Source: Callorhinchus milii
Taxonomy: Eukaryota
Direction: 5' to 3'
Length of the DNA: 64,000 nucleotides
Assembly (NCBI RefSeq): GCF_018977255.1
Contig: NW_024704742.1
Location: 97,962,001-98,026,000, forward strand
Shown here piece after piece: positions 41,401 to 51,500 of this stretch (position 1 is the first letter of the stretch; each line of letters starts with the position of its first letter). A program made the translations under genes and the position numbers. The notes under the pieces are model-generated. The model searched no databases. It was given only the letters and a program-made list of their open reading frames with translations, and had not been told where the DNA came from.

Positions 41401-44400
41401 AACCAATAAAAGTACATTAGAAGAGAGACATCCGATTCAAGGATTTATACAACAGTAGAAATTCTCTGGCATCACTGTGGAGCTCCCCTGCTGGAGTCGC
41501 TCCTCATAGTCACTCCTCATCGTCCAGTCCCTCCATTCCCTCAATCATTTAAATATGAAGATCAGCACTTCTTATATTATATTTTCAGGGGCCTCAAATC
41601 TCAAGAGCCCCACATTAGCCCTCAGAGGTAGCAAACTCAAACTATCAGTTCAGTTACTACAGTCCCTTTATTGGCCCAAACATTTTTCCTGACACTGCTG
41701 TTTCTACTGAATTTGTGACCAATCAGCCCCGTCTCCAATGCCACAGCATTTAACCCGCCACTATAGACGAAACAGCACATTTGTTTGCGCAACAAATTTT
41801 TTGTTTACTGTCAAAATAAATCTAATAATCCTTCCTATTCTACACAATAAGAACACCGCATTTGTAGGTCCCCTCTCACTTGGCAGGTTCGAAATACTGC
41901 ACAGGAAAACTCCAGGAACACCAGGCACAAAATCAGTATTGCTAAAGAAAAGATTCAACTTTATACTTAAACAGATACTTGGCCAATTTAAAGTGCTCCA
42001 ACACAAAATTATTATTGGAATGTCTCAATTTGATAAATTCTTTATCTTCTACACACAACTATAACAATTCTGCAATATTCGATCAGAGATTTGCAATATT
42101 ATGTAGGTCTCAGCTCGTCATCACATTCCTTTATTCTTACATACAATCTAATGAACTTGAAAATAAGAAACACTTTAGATACCGTTATGCAGAACAATGT
42201 ACAACTAAAAGTGTTATTAAAAAACATTAAATAGATGTTGCATAGGTCATAAAAACACATAATTACAGTCCAACTTCCAGCCCCTCCCTATCCCCCCCTC
42301 CACACTCTGACCACTGCCCATCCCTCCTTCCACACCTTCGAACCTGTTACCCCCTCCACTGTCATCACCACATCCTCCATGAAGCTCACCACCTGCTCCT
42401 TGGACCCTATCCCCACCCCTCTCCTTAAATCCCAGCTGCACCTCCTTGCCCCACTACTCGCCGACATCATCAACCTCTCCCTGTCATCTGGCACTGTTTC
42501 TTCACCCCCACCTTGAAGAAACCTTCACTTGACCCATCATAGCTATCCAGCTACCGGCCCATCTCTCAACTCCGTTTTCTGTCTAAGGTCCTTCAGAGAG
42601 CCGTTGCCTCCCAGCTTCGCTCTTTCCTCTCCTCCCACTCCCTCCATGAGCCCCTCCAGTTGGGTCTCTGCTGCCCATGTGTTACCAGGGCTCCCTCTGC
42701 CTCCTTGTCCTCCTCGACCTCTCCACTGCCTTTGATACTGTGGACCACTCAATCCTCCTCCACCGCCTCTCCTCCCATCTCAATCTTCAAAGTTCTGTCC
42801 TTGACTGGTTCAGGTCCGACCTTTCATCACCACCTCCACATTGTCTCAGCAAACGGCTTCTCCTCCAGCCCCTGCACCGTCTAGGGCAACGGTCCTCGGG
42901 CTCTGTCCTCGGTCCCCTCCTCTTCACCCTCTACATGCTCCCCCTTGGTGACATCATCCGCAGACATTGGGTAAATTTCCACATGTATGTGGATGACACC
43001 CAACTCTATCTCTCTACTTCTACCCTCAATTCCAGGACTATTGGCGCCCTGACGGACTGCCTGTCTGACATCAAGTACTGGACAAGGGACAACTTTCTCC
43101 AACTCAACGTCAGCAACAACATCAACAACAAAATTACATTTGTAGAGCGCTTTTCACGTCGGGAGGATGTCCCAAAGCGCTGAAAAGTCAGGTGTTGGGG
43201 CCCAAGCATTGGGGAGGCGTGGTGTAAGGGTGAGGGAAACCAGAGAGGTGGGAGGGAGACCAAAGGCACGGGCGAAGAGAAGGGTCTTGAGACCAGCCTT
43301 GAAGGAGGCAAGGGAGGAAGCGAGGCGAAGAGATCATGGGATGGAGTTCCAGAGTGTGGGGGCAGAGAGGCTGAAAATCCGGCCACCGATGGTAGGGGAG
43401 GTCGGGCGGGAGACATGGAGCAGACGATGAACGGAGGGAGCGGGCAGGTTAGTAGCAAGATCGAGGCCCTCCTGGTTGGCTCGCGCCAACGCCTCCACAC
43501 CTCGGGCGCTGGCAGCATCAGCCTCCACAGCTGCACACTCAACCTCACTAAGCCAGTCAGGAATCTGGGTGTCTCGTTTGACCCTGAACTGTCCTTTCTC
43601 CCCCACATCCGGCACTGCCTACCAGCACCTCCGCAACATTGCCAGACTTTACCACTGCCTCACCCCTCAGGCTGCCGAAACCCTCACTCACGCATTCTTC
43701 ACCTCAAGGCTCAATTACGGAAACTCCCTCCTCATCGGCCTTCCCAACTCTTCCCTTCACATCCAAAACTCTGCAGCTCGTGTACTCTCACGCACCAGGT
43801 TCCGTGACCCCATCACTCCCACCTTCACCCGAGTCCACTGGCTCCCCATCCCCCAGAGGATCGAGTTCAAGATCCTCGTCCTCACCTTCAACACCATCCA
43901 TGGCCTTACCCCCTCCTACCTCCCTGACCTGCTGACTCCCTACCAACCAGCCCACTCCCTCCGTTCAGTGTGCTCCGGTCCGCTCCGTGTCTCCCGTCCG
44001 ATCCACCCTCCATCCCACAGTCCCTTTGCCTCCTTCCTTGCCTCCTTCAAGGACGGTCTCAAGACCCTCCTCTTCGGCCGTGCCTTTGGTCTTCCTCCCA
44101 CCTCTCTGCCTTCCCTCAGCCCCACACCACCCCTCCCTCATGCTCGGGTCCTGACCCCTGAATGACCAGCGCCTTGGGACGTCCTCGCGACGTGAAAGGC
44201 GCTCTATAAATATAATGTTGTCGTTGTTGTGGTGGTGACCCCCCCCCCCTGCTGAGCATGCACATTTACTGGCAACGAACTGATCGCAGACATTACGGTG
44301 ACAACGAAGCTGCAGCCGGACAGCGAAAAGGGAGCGAGATTCGGCAGGTTAAGGAGGATAGGAGTAAATCAATCCTAAATTATGGCGGATAATCTTTGAT

Positions 44401-45577
44401 AAGATTTGTGCCAAAAACTGCGAAAGCTCAGGAAGCAAAAGAGGACCTGTCAATCACAGGTCCAAGTGCTGCTGTGCTGCAGTGGCTGCTGTACCCCACC
44501 CTCACCCTCACACACACACCCTCTCACACCCCCACACACACCCACACGCACACACCCTCACACACACACACACACACCCACCCCCCCACACCCACCCCCA
44601 CCCCCACCCCCACGCACACCCTCACGCACACCCCCACGCACACCCCCCCCCACGCACACCCCCCCACGCACACCCCCCCCCACGCACACCCCCCCCCACG
44701 CACACCCCCCCCACGCGCACACCCCCCCACGCGCACCCCCCCACGCGCGCACCCCCCCCACGCGCACCCCCCCCACGCGCACACCCCCTCACACACACAC
44801 CCCCACACACACACACACCCCCTCACACACACACACCCCCTCACACACACACACACCCTCATCCTCATCCACCCTCACCCACCCTCACACACACACACCC
44901 TCTCACACCCCCTCACACACACACACCCTCTCACACCCCCTCACACACACACACCCTCACACCCACACACCCCCACCCCCTCACACACCCCCTCACACAC
45001 ACCCCCTCACACAGCGCGCAACAGAGCTCAGGCCGCGCCTGTCCCTTTTGCAGCAAACGACGCCCCGACACCACCTCCTAACGTGGAACTCGCCCACATT
45101 TAAACGCGCATATTTTTTTCAAAAAAATATAAATATAGACGAAATTTTTTTTTAAAAAAAAACTCGAGAAAAGCTATTCCCCCCCACACCCCCCACCCAC
45201 CCACCACCGTGAAAACACGGACATTAAATTGTGCGAAAAAGATAGCAACGTCGCTGACGCGAGTCCGGGCTGCAAAGGGCACATTTAACAACAACAGCAA
45301 CAAAAACCCCAAACCCCCCCCACACAACATGGAATAAAATAACAAACCTCCGGAGAGGCTCTTCTCCTCACCGCGTCCCCGGTGGGGAGGGAGGAAGGTG
45401 TGAGGGGTTTGTCCTTTTTTTTTTAAAAGCCCCCCCACCCCCTCCCCGGTTAACACACACATTAACGTATTAAACACACACTCGAGCAGCCCCGCGGGCC
45501 GCGCCGGGCCGCGCGGGCCGCACCCCCCTCCCCGCCTTACCTGGCTTGGCTGGTCTGGGCGGGGGCCGATTGGACAT
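14409..45577 (-). CDS. OSTF1: Osteoclast-stimulating factor 1 (SH3 + ankyrin repeats), complete 10-exon CDS, 648 nt / 215 aa
   Basis: join(complement 45541-45577,35093-35139,34541-34591,34386-34449,33804-33857,32910-33017,27750-27799,23344-23422,20919-21017,14409-14467). All introns GT-AG with consistent phases. Translation [215 protein letters not shown] closely matches vertebrate OSTF1. Confidence 0.97.
14531..15205 (+). mobile_element. tRNA-headed SINE with L2-like tail, interrupted by a nested CR1-like fragment (about 14574-14873, minus)
   Basis: Head GGAGTCC..TAGTGGTTAGAG..CTCGCAAGCGAGAG stops near 14573 and resumes GGACCTGGGTTTG near 14875; an uninterrupted copy lies at 26103-26470. 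Confidence 0.75.
15995..16275 (-). mobile_element. CR1 LINE 3' end
   Basis: ORF 15938..16252 [18 protein letters not shown], typical CR1 ORF2 C-terminus, and CATAGAATC tail. Confidence 0.85.
20919..21017 (-). CDS. OSTF1: OSTF1 exon 9 ([33 protein letters not shown])
   Basis: 99 nt, CCCTAG acceptor, GTAAGT donor. Confidence 0.93.
23344..23422 (-). CDS. OSTF1: OSTF1 exon 8 ([26 protein letters not shown])
   Basis: 79 nt, ankyrin repeat, visible in ORF 23204..23464. Confidence 0.96.
23545..24300 (+). mobile_element. CR1 LINE, 5'-truncated, relatively young
   Basis: [34 protein letters not shown] and [11 protein letters not shown] motifs; ends ATTCTATGAATCTATGA. Confidence 0.92.
24620..25135 (+). 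mobile_element. Older CR1 LINE fragment
   Basis: ORF 24672..25007 [21 protein letters not shown]. Confidence 0.8.
25190..26090 (+). mobile_element. L2 LINE fragment, APE-endonuclease region
   Basis: C-rich; degenerate [18 protein letters not shown] and SEH motifs. Confidence 0.7.
26103..26470 (+). mobile_element. tRNA-headed SINE with L2-like tail, near full length
   Basis: A-box/B-box head, GGGCAAGTTTC..TACTCCACAC body, CTATATCAAATGCAAGG(ATT)n tail; related copies at 28920-29240, 32430-32735, 38325-38600, 56521-56905 (+) and 36935-37160 (-). Confidence 0.85.
27750..27799 (-). CDS. OSTF1: OSTF1 exon 7 ([17 protein letters not shown])
   Basis: 50 nt, TTTGCAG acceptor, CAG|GTAAG donor. Confidence 0.94.
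28920..29240 (+). mobile_element. tRNA-headed SINE copy
   Basis: Similar to 26103-26470. Confidence 0.75.
29662..29945 (-). mobile_element. L2 LINE 3' end fragment
   Basis: Minus-strand FKTHLKTLL peptide; similar to 1893-2225. Confidence 0.75.
30330..30726 (+). mobile_element. Deu-domain SINE (SacSINE1-like)
   Basis: GTGGGTTCAAGCCCC head, GAGTTTCTCCTGGTGTCCTGGCCAAC core, (ATT)n tail. Confidence 0.75.
30758..30945. mobile_element. hAT-like MITE fragment with internal palindrome
   Basis: CAGTTGTGGTCAACC TIR; shares its hairpin with 49799-49968. Confidence 0.6.
32430..32735 (+). mobile_element. tRNA-headed SINE copy
   Basis: Similar to 26103-26470. Confidence 0.75.
32910..33017 (-). CDS. OSTF1: OSTF1 exon 6 ([36 protein letters not shown])
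   Basis: 108 nt, ankyrin repeat, visible in ORF 32866..33084. Confidence 0.96.
33804..33857 (-). CDS. OSTF1: OSTF1 exon 5 ([18 protein letters not shown])
   Basis: 54 nt, ankyrin PLHEAA motif, canonical splice sites. Confidence 0.95.
34386..34449 (-). CDS. OSTF1: OSTF1 exon 4 ([21 protein letters not shown])
   Basis: 64 nt, SH3 WW and GLIPSNY motifs, canonical splice sites. Confidence 0.95.
34541..34591 (-). CDS. OSTF1: OSTF1 exon 3 ([17 protein letters not shown])
   Basis: 51 nt, TAG acceptor, GTAAGA donor. Confidence 0.95.
35093..35139 (-). CDS. OSTF1: OSTF1 exon 2 ([15 protein letters not shown], start of SH3)
   Basis: 47 nt, TTTTTCAG acceptor, GTAAGT donor. Confidence 0.95.
35458..35605 (+). 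mobile_element. Penelope-like retroelement RT fragment
   Basis: Translates to [45 protein letters not shown], resembling the segment just before the PKIHK motif of Penelope-type RTs. Confidence 0.6.
38325..38600 (+). mobile_element. tRNA-headed SINE copy
   Basis: Similar to 26103-26470. Confidence 0.75.
42270..44230 (+). mobile_element. L2 LINE (RT domain to 3' tail) carrying a nested antisense L2 fragment
   Basis: [61 protein letters not shown]; (TTG)n tail near 44230. Confidence 0.92.
43117..43453 (-). mobile_element. L2 3' fragment inserted antisense into the host L2
   Basis: Splits host LQLNVS|KIEAL; flanking duplication AGCAA at 43112-43116 and 43454-43458. Confidence 0.8.
44490..45012. 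repeat. C/A-rich compound simple repeat (CAC/CA/poly-C; G-rich on the OSTF1 sense strand)
   Basis: Units such as CACGCACACCCCCC. Confidence 0.95.
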
Positions 45578-46145
45578 GGCGGGGGCTGTTCGCTGTTTCC
45601 TTGTAGTGATAATCCGGAGATGTCCAGCCCTCGGTGTCTCTGGCGCGGGGCCGGCAATGTCCGGCTCGGGCTCGGGCACTGCGGGTGTGGGAGCGGCGCT
45701 GATGACACTCAACCCCTCCTCTCCCGCTCCGCTCGGCAGCGATTGAGGAAGTCTCCCGACGAGGCCCCGTGACCAGGAACCGGAGCCCGAGCTGTCACTC
45801 ACTCACCCGGCCCCGCCCCCCCCCCCCACAGCGGCTCGGTCACCATCGTCGGCGTCGTCACCGCGCGTGCGCCAACCATCCGCGTCAGGCACCCGGCCGC
45901 CGCACTCACGCACGCCGAGCATGCGCGCAGCCACACCACAACGTTCCACTGCCCCCCCGCTCCCACCCGAACCCCCAACCCGGTGGAGCTCCACGCAGGC
46001 GCCTCCCCACCGCCCCGCTTTCGCCCGCGCTGCCCCGCACCAGCTGCATGCCGGGAACGGGTGGCGAAGCGGACCCGAGGGCGTCATGTCAGGTCTTGCA
46101 GGCTGCGCAGTGCACACTCTGCGCACACTGCCAGCAGGTGAACAA
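45460..46145. promoter_or_regulatory. CpG island / bidirectional promoter shared by OSTF1 (-) and NMRK1 (+)
   Basis: Very high GC and CpG density between divergent genes; ETS-type GGAAGT 45747-45752, GC box CCCCGCCCCC 45811-45820, NRF1-like GCATGCGCGC 45919-45928; candidate NMRK1 exon-1 donor A|GTGAGT after 46145. Confidence 0.85.
45541..45577 (-). CDS. OSTF1: OSTF1 coding exon 1 ([13 protein letters not shown])
   Basis: Kozak-like CCCGCC-ATG, proline-rich N-terminus, donor G|GTAAGG. Confidence 0.93.
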
Positions 46146-46149
46146 GTGA

Positions 46150-46850
46150 GTCTGTGGCCACAGGTAAACAACAGTGCATTACAGTGCACCCCGGGGGACA
46201 GTGTGTGGTCAGGTAAACACAGTGCATTACAGTGCACCCGGGGGACAGTGTGTGGTCAGCTAAACACAGTGCATTACAGTGCACCCGGGGGACAGTGTGT
46301 GGTCAGCTAAACACAGTGCATTACAGTGCACCCAGGGGACAGTGTGTGGTCAGCTAAACACAGTGCATTACAGTGCACCCAGGGACAGTGTGTGGTCAGC
46401 TAAACACAGTGCATTACAGTGCACCCAGGGACAGTGTGTGGTCAGCTAAACACAGTGCATTACAGTGCACCCAGGGGACAGTGTGTGGTCAGCTAAACAC
46501 AGTGCATTACAGTGCACCCGGGGGACAGTGTGTGGTCAGCTAAACACAGTGCATTACAGTGCACCCAGGGGACAGTGTGTGGTCAGGTAAACACAGTGCA
46601 TTACAGTGCACCCGGGGGACAGTGTGTGGTCAGGTAAACACAGTGCATTACAGTGCACCCAGGGACAGTGTGTGGTCAGCTAAACACAGTGCATTACAGT
46701 GCACCCAGGGGACAGTGTGTGGTCAGGTAAACACAGTGCATTACAGTGCAACCGGGGGACAGTGTGTGGTCAGCTAAACACAGTGCATTACAGTGCACCC
46801 GGGGGACAGTGTGTGGTCAGCTAAACACAGTGCATTACAGTGCACCCAGG
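46150..46850. repeat. Minisatellite, 46-47 bp unit, about 15 copies
   Basis: GACAGTGTGTGGTCAG(C/G)TAAACACAGTGCATTACAGTGCACCC(A/G)GGG; GGTC recurs at 46207, 46254, 46301 ... 46815. Confidence 0.97.
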
Positions 46851-48523
46851 GAAAAATCTATGATCGGGTAAATAATAGGTATATATATTATACACAAGGG
46901 AGGGTTTGTGATCAGATTAACAGTAATGCATTATACTGTATCTTGGAGAGATAGCGAGTCATTCAGTAAGTGTTTGTATGTTAATGAGAAAATCATGTTA
47001 CATGTTGGAGAATAGCTAATATGGTGATACATTTAATAATTTCATATTACATTATGCATTTTTTAAAACTATCTGCACGTATTCCTTTTAATTTTACAGA
47101 ACCATGAAATCCTATCATTTGGATTTAATTTTGCTGTTTTATATACAAAAAAACTGCTCTTAATGAACTGCGACTAACCAAAATCAACCCAAATTGTAAC
47201 CAAGGTAATCTTAGAAGAACTGGAACAGAGAGGACACCATATTATGTTTATTTTATTAAGATCTAGTTCAACCTAATTTAATTTTAATATAAAAAAATCT
47301 TTTGATCTGCAACAGTGTCTAGATTAAGATCCAATCTGTTGGGCTGATCCAGTCCATGAACAACATATAATTTCTATCCGTCACAACTGCATCGGCACAA
47401 TGACAACGGTATTGAATGAAGCGTATAATCCTAAATACAAATAAAGCCTTCACTTCTCATCATTGAATTAATATTATTATCCTTGCCTTTGTTATGGCAT
47501 CTTTGATATAGGGAGACCACCTCAAAGCACTTCACGGGATTTATTGTAAAATGTATTGCCTGTGTATTTTATAGGAGAATGCTGTTGTCAATTTGGGCAC
47601 AATAATGTCCCGTAAACTACCAGGAAATAAATGGCCTATTTTATCTGAAGAATTACTAGCCAGGACATGGGAGAAACTTCTATTTTCAAATAATGCCATG
47701 GAATGTTTCGGTTTAACAACTCAAAATAAGCGCCTCCAACAATACTGAAAACAGAAGAGTGTCCTGGTGTCCTCACCAACAATCCCCCCCAATAAAATCA
47801 GTTATTCACTCCATGGCTCATTTGTGGGATATTGCTCTGCACAGATTGACTGCCACCTTCAATTAAACTCTTCACCGAATAACTATTTAATTCTCCCTTG
47901 AAGTTTCCTACCAAGGTAGTTTCTTCCACAGATTTACCATTCTGTGTCATTTTTTTCAATCATATTAAATATAGGAGGATTTAACTATTCTATGCTCTAA
48001 GCTTACATTTATTTATTTATTTATTTATTTATTAAAGTCTCCCTTGAGCTTTATTTTTCATATTGTAGAAAGGATTTATTAATTACATAATTACCAGTCA
48101 TTGGTTTTAATTACCCAATTATGAGCACTTGTAATTTCCTATGGACAGAGGATTTCAACCATAGCACATTATACATCTGTTTACACACAAACTTAATCGA
48201 TCCCAATGTCCATGTACAAAAAGAGAAGATGTTTTTTTTTTAAAAAATGCTCTGAAGAAGTTGAATGTCAATGTGCCTCTTTGGGATTCCAAAGTGCTCA
48301 AATGATTCTCATTAGATAAAGGTTCACTACAACTAGACAGTGTACAGAATTGACAACATTGTTATTCTGTTAGGAAGTTAACACAGAGCTGCAGATTCCG
48401 ACTTTGTCTAGTACATCCTGCAGAAGTATCGTCACTTGAATTCACAGAATATTTATTTATTTTGTTTCAGGTCACAGCAGAACCTGAGTACATGGTTTTT
48501 CACAGTGGTGTAAACAAAATAAA

Positions 48524-48552
48524 ATGAAACACTACATTGTTGGAATTGGTGG
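48524..48552 (+). CDS. NMRK1: NMRK1 first coding exon part ([10 protein letters not shown])
   Basis: AAA-ATG start, donor GG|GTGAGT; upstream acceptor TTTCAG ending 48470. Confidence 0.92.
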
Positions 48553-51500
48553 GTGAGTGTCAATGTGTTCAAAGTAGTGTTGTTTACTCTGTGTGCTATT
48601 TGCTTCAGGTAACTGGTGAGATAATGGGACTGTCAAAATATAATGGAAATATTGACAACATAGAAACAATGCATTGGGAATGAAGATTGTTTTGAAGGAA
48701 TTTTAGATTACAGTCTGTTTCCTTAATGGAGCTATTGGTTGATTTTGCAATGATTTCTGACGGGATTTCAGACTTTGGGACACACTTTGTGGAAGCACTG
48801 CTCCAAATCAATCTGTGAGGTTCCCTCAAGACAGCACCCATTGTGCCATCTTGATGGAACCAGGGTTATTGTGAAAGTAAGTCAGCAGCAACCATACTTG
48901 TTGACTAAACGTTAATTAAAACAAATACACAAAACAAACTAACCATATAATCATAGAATTATACAGCACAGAAGGAGGCCATTCAGCCCATCGCGTCTGT
49001 GGCGGCTCTTTGAAAAGAGCTATCCAAATGAAACCCACTCCCCCGCTCTCTCCCCATAGCCCTGCAAACTTGTCCTCCCCAAATAATTATCTCCTTCTCT
49101 CTTAAAAGTTGTTATCGAATCGGCTTCCACCATCCTTTCAGCAATGCATTCCACATCCGAATAACTCTCTGTGAAAAAAGATTCTCCTCACCTCCCCTCT
49201 GTTTCTTTTAACAACTATTATAAATCGGTGTCCTCTGGTTACCGACCCACCCACCCGTGGAAATAGTTTCTCTTTGTTTAGCCTATCGAATCCCCTCATA
49301 ATTCTGAAAACTTCTATTAAGTTTCCTCTTAACCTTCTCGGCTCCAAGGAGAATAATCCTAGCTTCTCTAGTCTCTCCTGATAACTGAAGTCCCTCATTC
49401 CTGGTACCATCCTGGTAAATCTCCTTTGCACAGCCTTGACATCCTTACTAAAGTGTGTTGCCCAGAACTGTACACAGTTCTAGCTGAGGTCTAACCAGTG
49501 TTTTATAACGATCCATCATAATTTCCTGATTTTTGTATTCTTTGCCCTTATTTATAAAGCCTAATATCCCGTATGCTTTTTTAACAGCTTTATCTACCTG
49601 TCCTGCCACCTTCAAAGATTTACTTATACGAACCCCCAGGCTTCTGTTCCTTCACCCCCTTTAAGATTGTACCATCTAACTTATATTGCCAGCTTAACCA
49701 CGAATAAAGGGCAACCACAGTAAGCTTTATCTGTGGGCACTCCTTACTGTGAGGACATGGCTGACCTTGGGAGGAAAAGTGTTCCTTTCAGACTAGAGCA
49801 GTGGTGGCCAACCTGTGGCCCTTGGCCCCCTCCTCAAACATTTGTACAAGTCTAAGTAAGTCTGTGTTCGATTAATAGTGTTTTTAGTTTTTTCTTGATT
49901 GAATATTTCTTGATTTATGGCGTAATTCAAGAAATATTCAATCAAGAAAATGTATTTTGTTGGCCACCTATCCAAGTAGCCCATCACTGCTGTAGAGGGA
50001 TCTGTGCCAGCCACTGCTCAGCCAACCCCTTCTCGCACCTTCCCTGAACCGTTTGCCACTTGCCATGTGGCTCTTCCAAATCCTTCGCAGAAGCAAGCTT
50101 CCCATCCACAGATCGAACCCAAAATTGTCCTTACTCTTCGAGGCCTGAGCAGCTGTTCAGAGCTTCATTTGGTATCGCTCAATGAGTGGCTTCATTTTAT
50201 TGTAATAAAACACAATCATTGCAAACTTTGCAAATGCCCTTTGTTTTTCATGCACGTGTGAACATTTGTCCCATCTTTTCTAATATAGTATGACAAACGG
50301 TGGAAAATCTACACTTGCACAACGACTTGCACAAGCACTTCCAAACAGCTTTGTATTGTACCAAGATACATTTTTCAAGGTAATGCCATCAAAATTATCT
50401 TAAAAATAGTTTTATTTAATATTTTAATATGTTTGTCTGATCTTACTTTAAATGCATATCAACCAAAAGTTAAGATTAATCGCATTCTCGCCCCGAATCA
50501 GAAGATTGTGGGTTCAAGCCTCATGCATGGACTTGGAACTCACATAATCTAAGATAACACTCCATTGCAGTGCTGAGGGTATTGTCTTTCAGATGAGCTG
50601 TTTAACCGAGGCCCCATCTGCCTGTTCAGGTGGATGTCAAGTATCCCATGGCACTATTTGATAAGAGAACTGAGTTTCTCTCAATGTCCAGAGCAACAAT
50701 CCCCAAATAAAGTTGATCACTCACATCACTGTGAGGCATTGTTGTATACAAAATTGGCTATAACCCACAAAAACACATTCACTGCATTTCATAATATATA
50801 CTATGAAGCATTTTGTGACGTCCTCCCGATGTGAAAGGCGTTATACCAAATATAAGCATTGTTATTGTTATTATTATGCTTGTTTTTAATTCAGGCCGAG
50901 AATGAGATAGAAATTGGAGAGGATGGTTTTCAACAATATGATGGTAAGTCTCCTGAACAATTTTTTTTGTGTGTATTTGTTTCTTTTGGTGGGATGTCCA
51001 CAGTATTAAACCAGGTGTCACCCTGTCTCAGATGGTTGCACTCTTGCCTCTGAGGTTATGGGTTCAAGCCCCATGTCGGAACTTTAAATTCGCATTCTGG
51101 ACTGAAACCCCAATACAGTGTTGGGGGTGTGCTGTATTGTTGGAAGTGCTGTGTTCCAGATGGAATGTTAAACTCGGAGAACTATGGAAATCCTCCTTCC
51201 AAATTAAAACGAATTTTAAGAAATTTCCACAATTTTGTCCAAACTTAAATTTTAAGATCAAACAAAGCGTATTAGAGCTAATACAAGATAGAGGAGATTG
51301 GTTTTCTGATGGCTGTGCTACTTACACCACAATTGTGCCACATTGCATGCTGTAAATTTATGAAATTAATGCATGCATTTCTTTTATAAAACAATGACTG
51401 CTGTCTGACACCCGCTGTTTTATTAATGTCCTTTAGTCATCTCTGCCTTGGATATGAAATTAATGATGAATGTTATTTACTCCTGGATGAAGAATCCAAC

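Noticed and set aside
42677..44165. RT-like ORFs as a functional gene
   Set aside because: Frameshifted, 5'-truncated and interrupted L2 relic.
44396..45155. Long His/Thr/Pro-rich ORFs (199-249 aa)
   Set aside because: Translations of the CA/C-rich simple repeat, open in several frames on both strands.
45470..45802. Upstream in-frame N-terminal extension of OSTF1
   Set aside because: The track ORF relies on a non-ATG start in GC-rich DNA; the ATG at 45577 has a strong context and matches the orthologous start.
46150..46850. CRISPR-like regular repeat array
   Set aside because: Head-to-tail units with no unique spacers, eukaryotic context and no cas genes; the same applies to 61296-61490.
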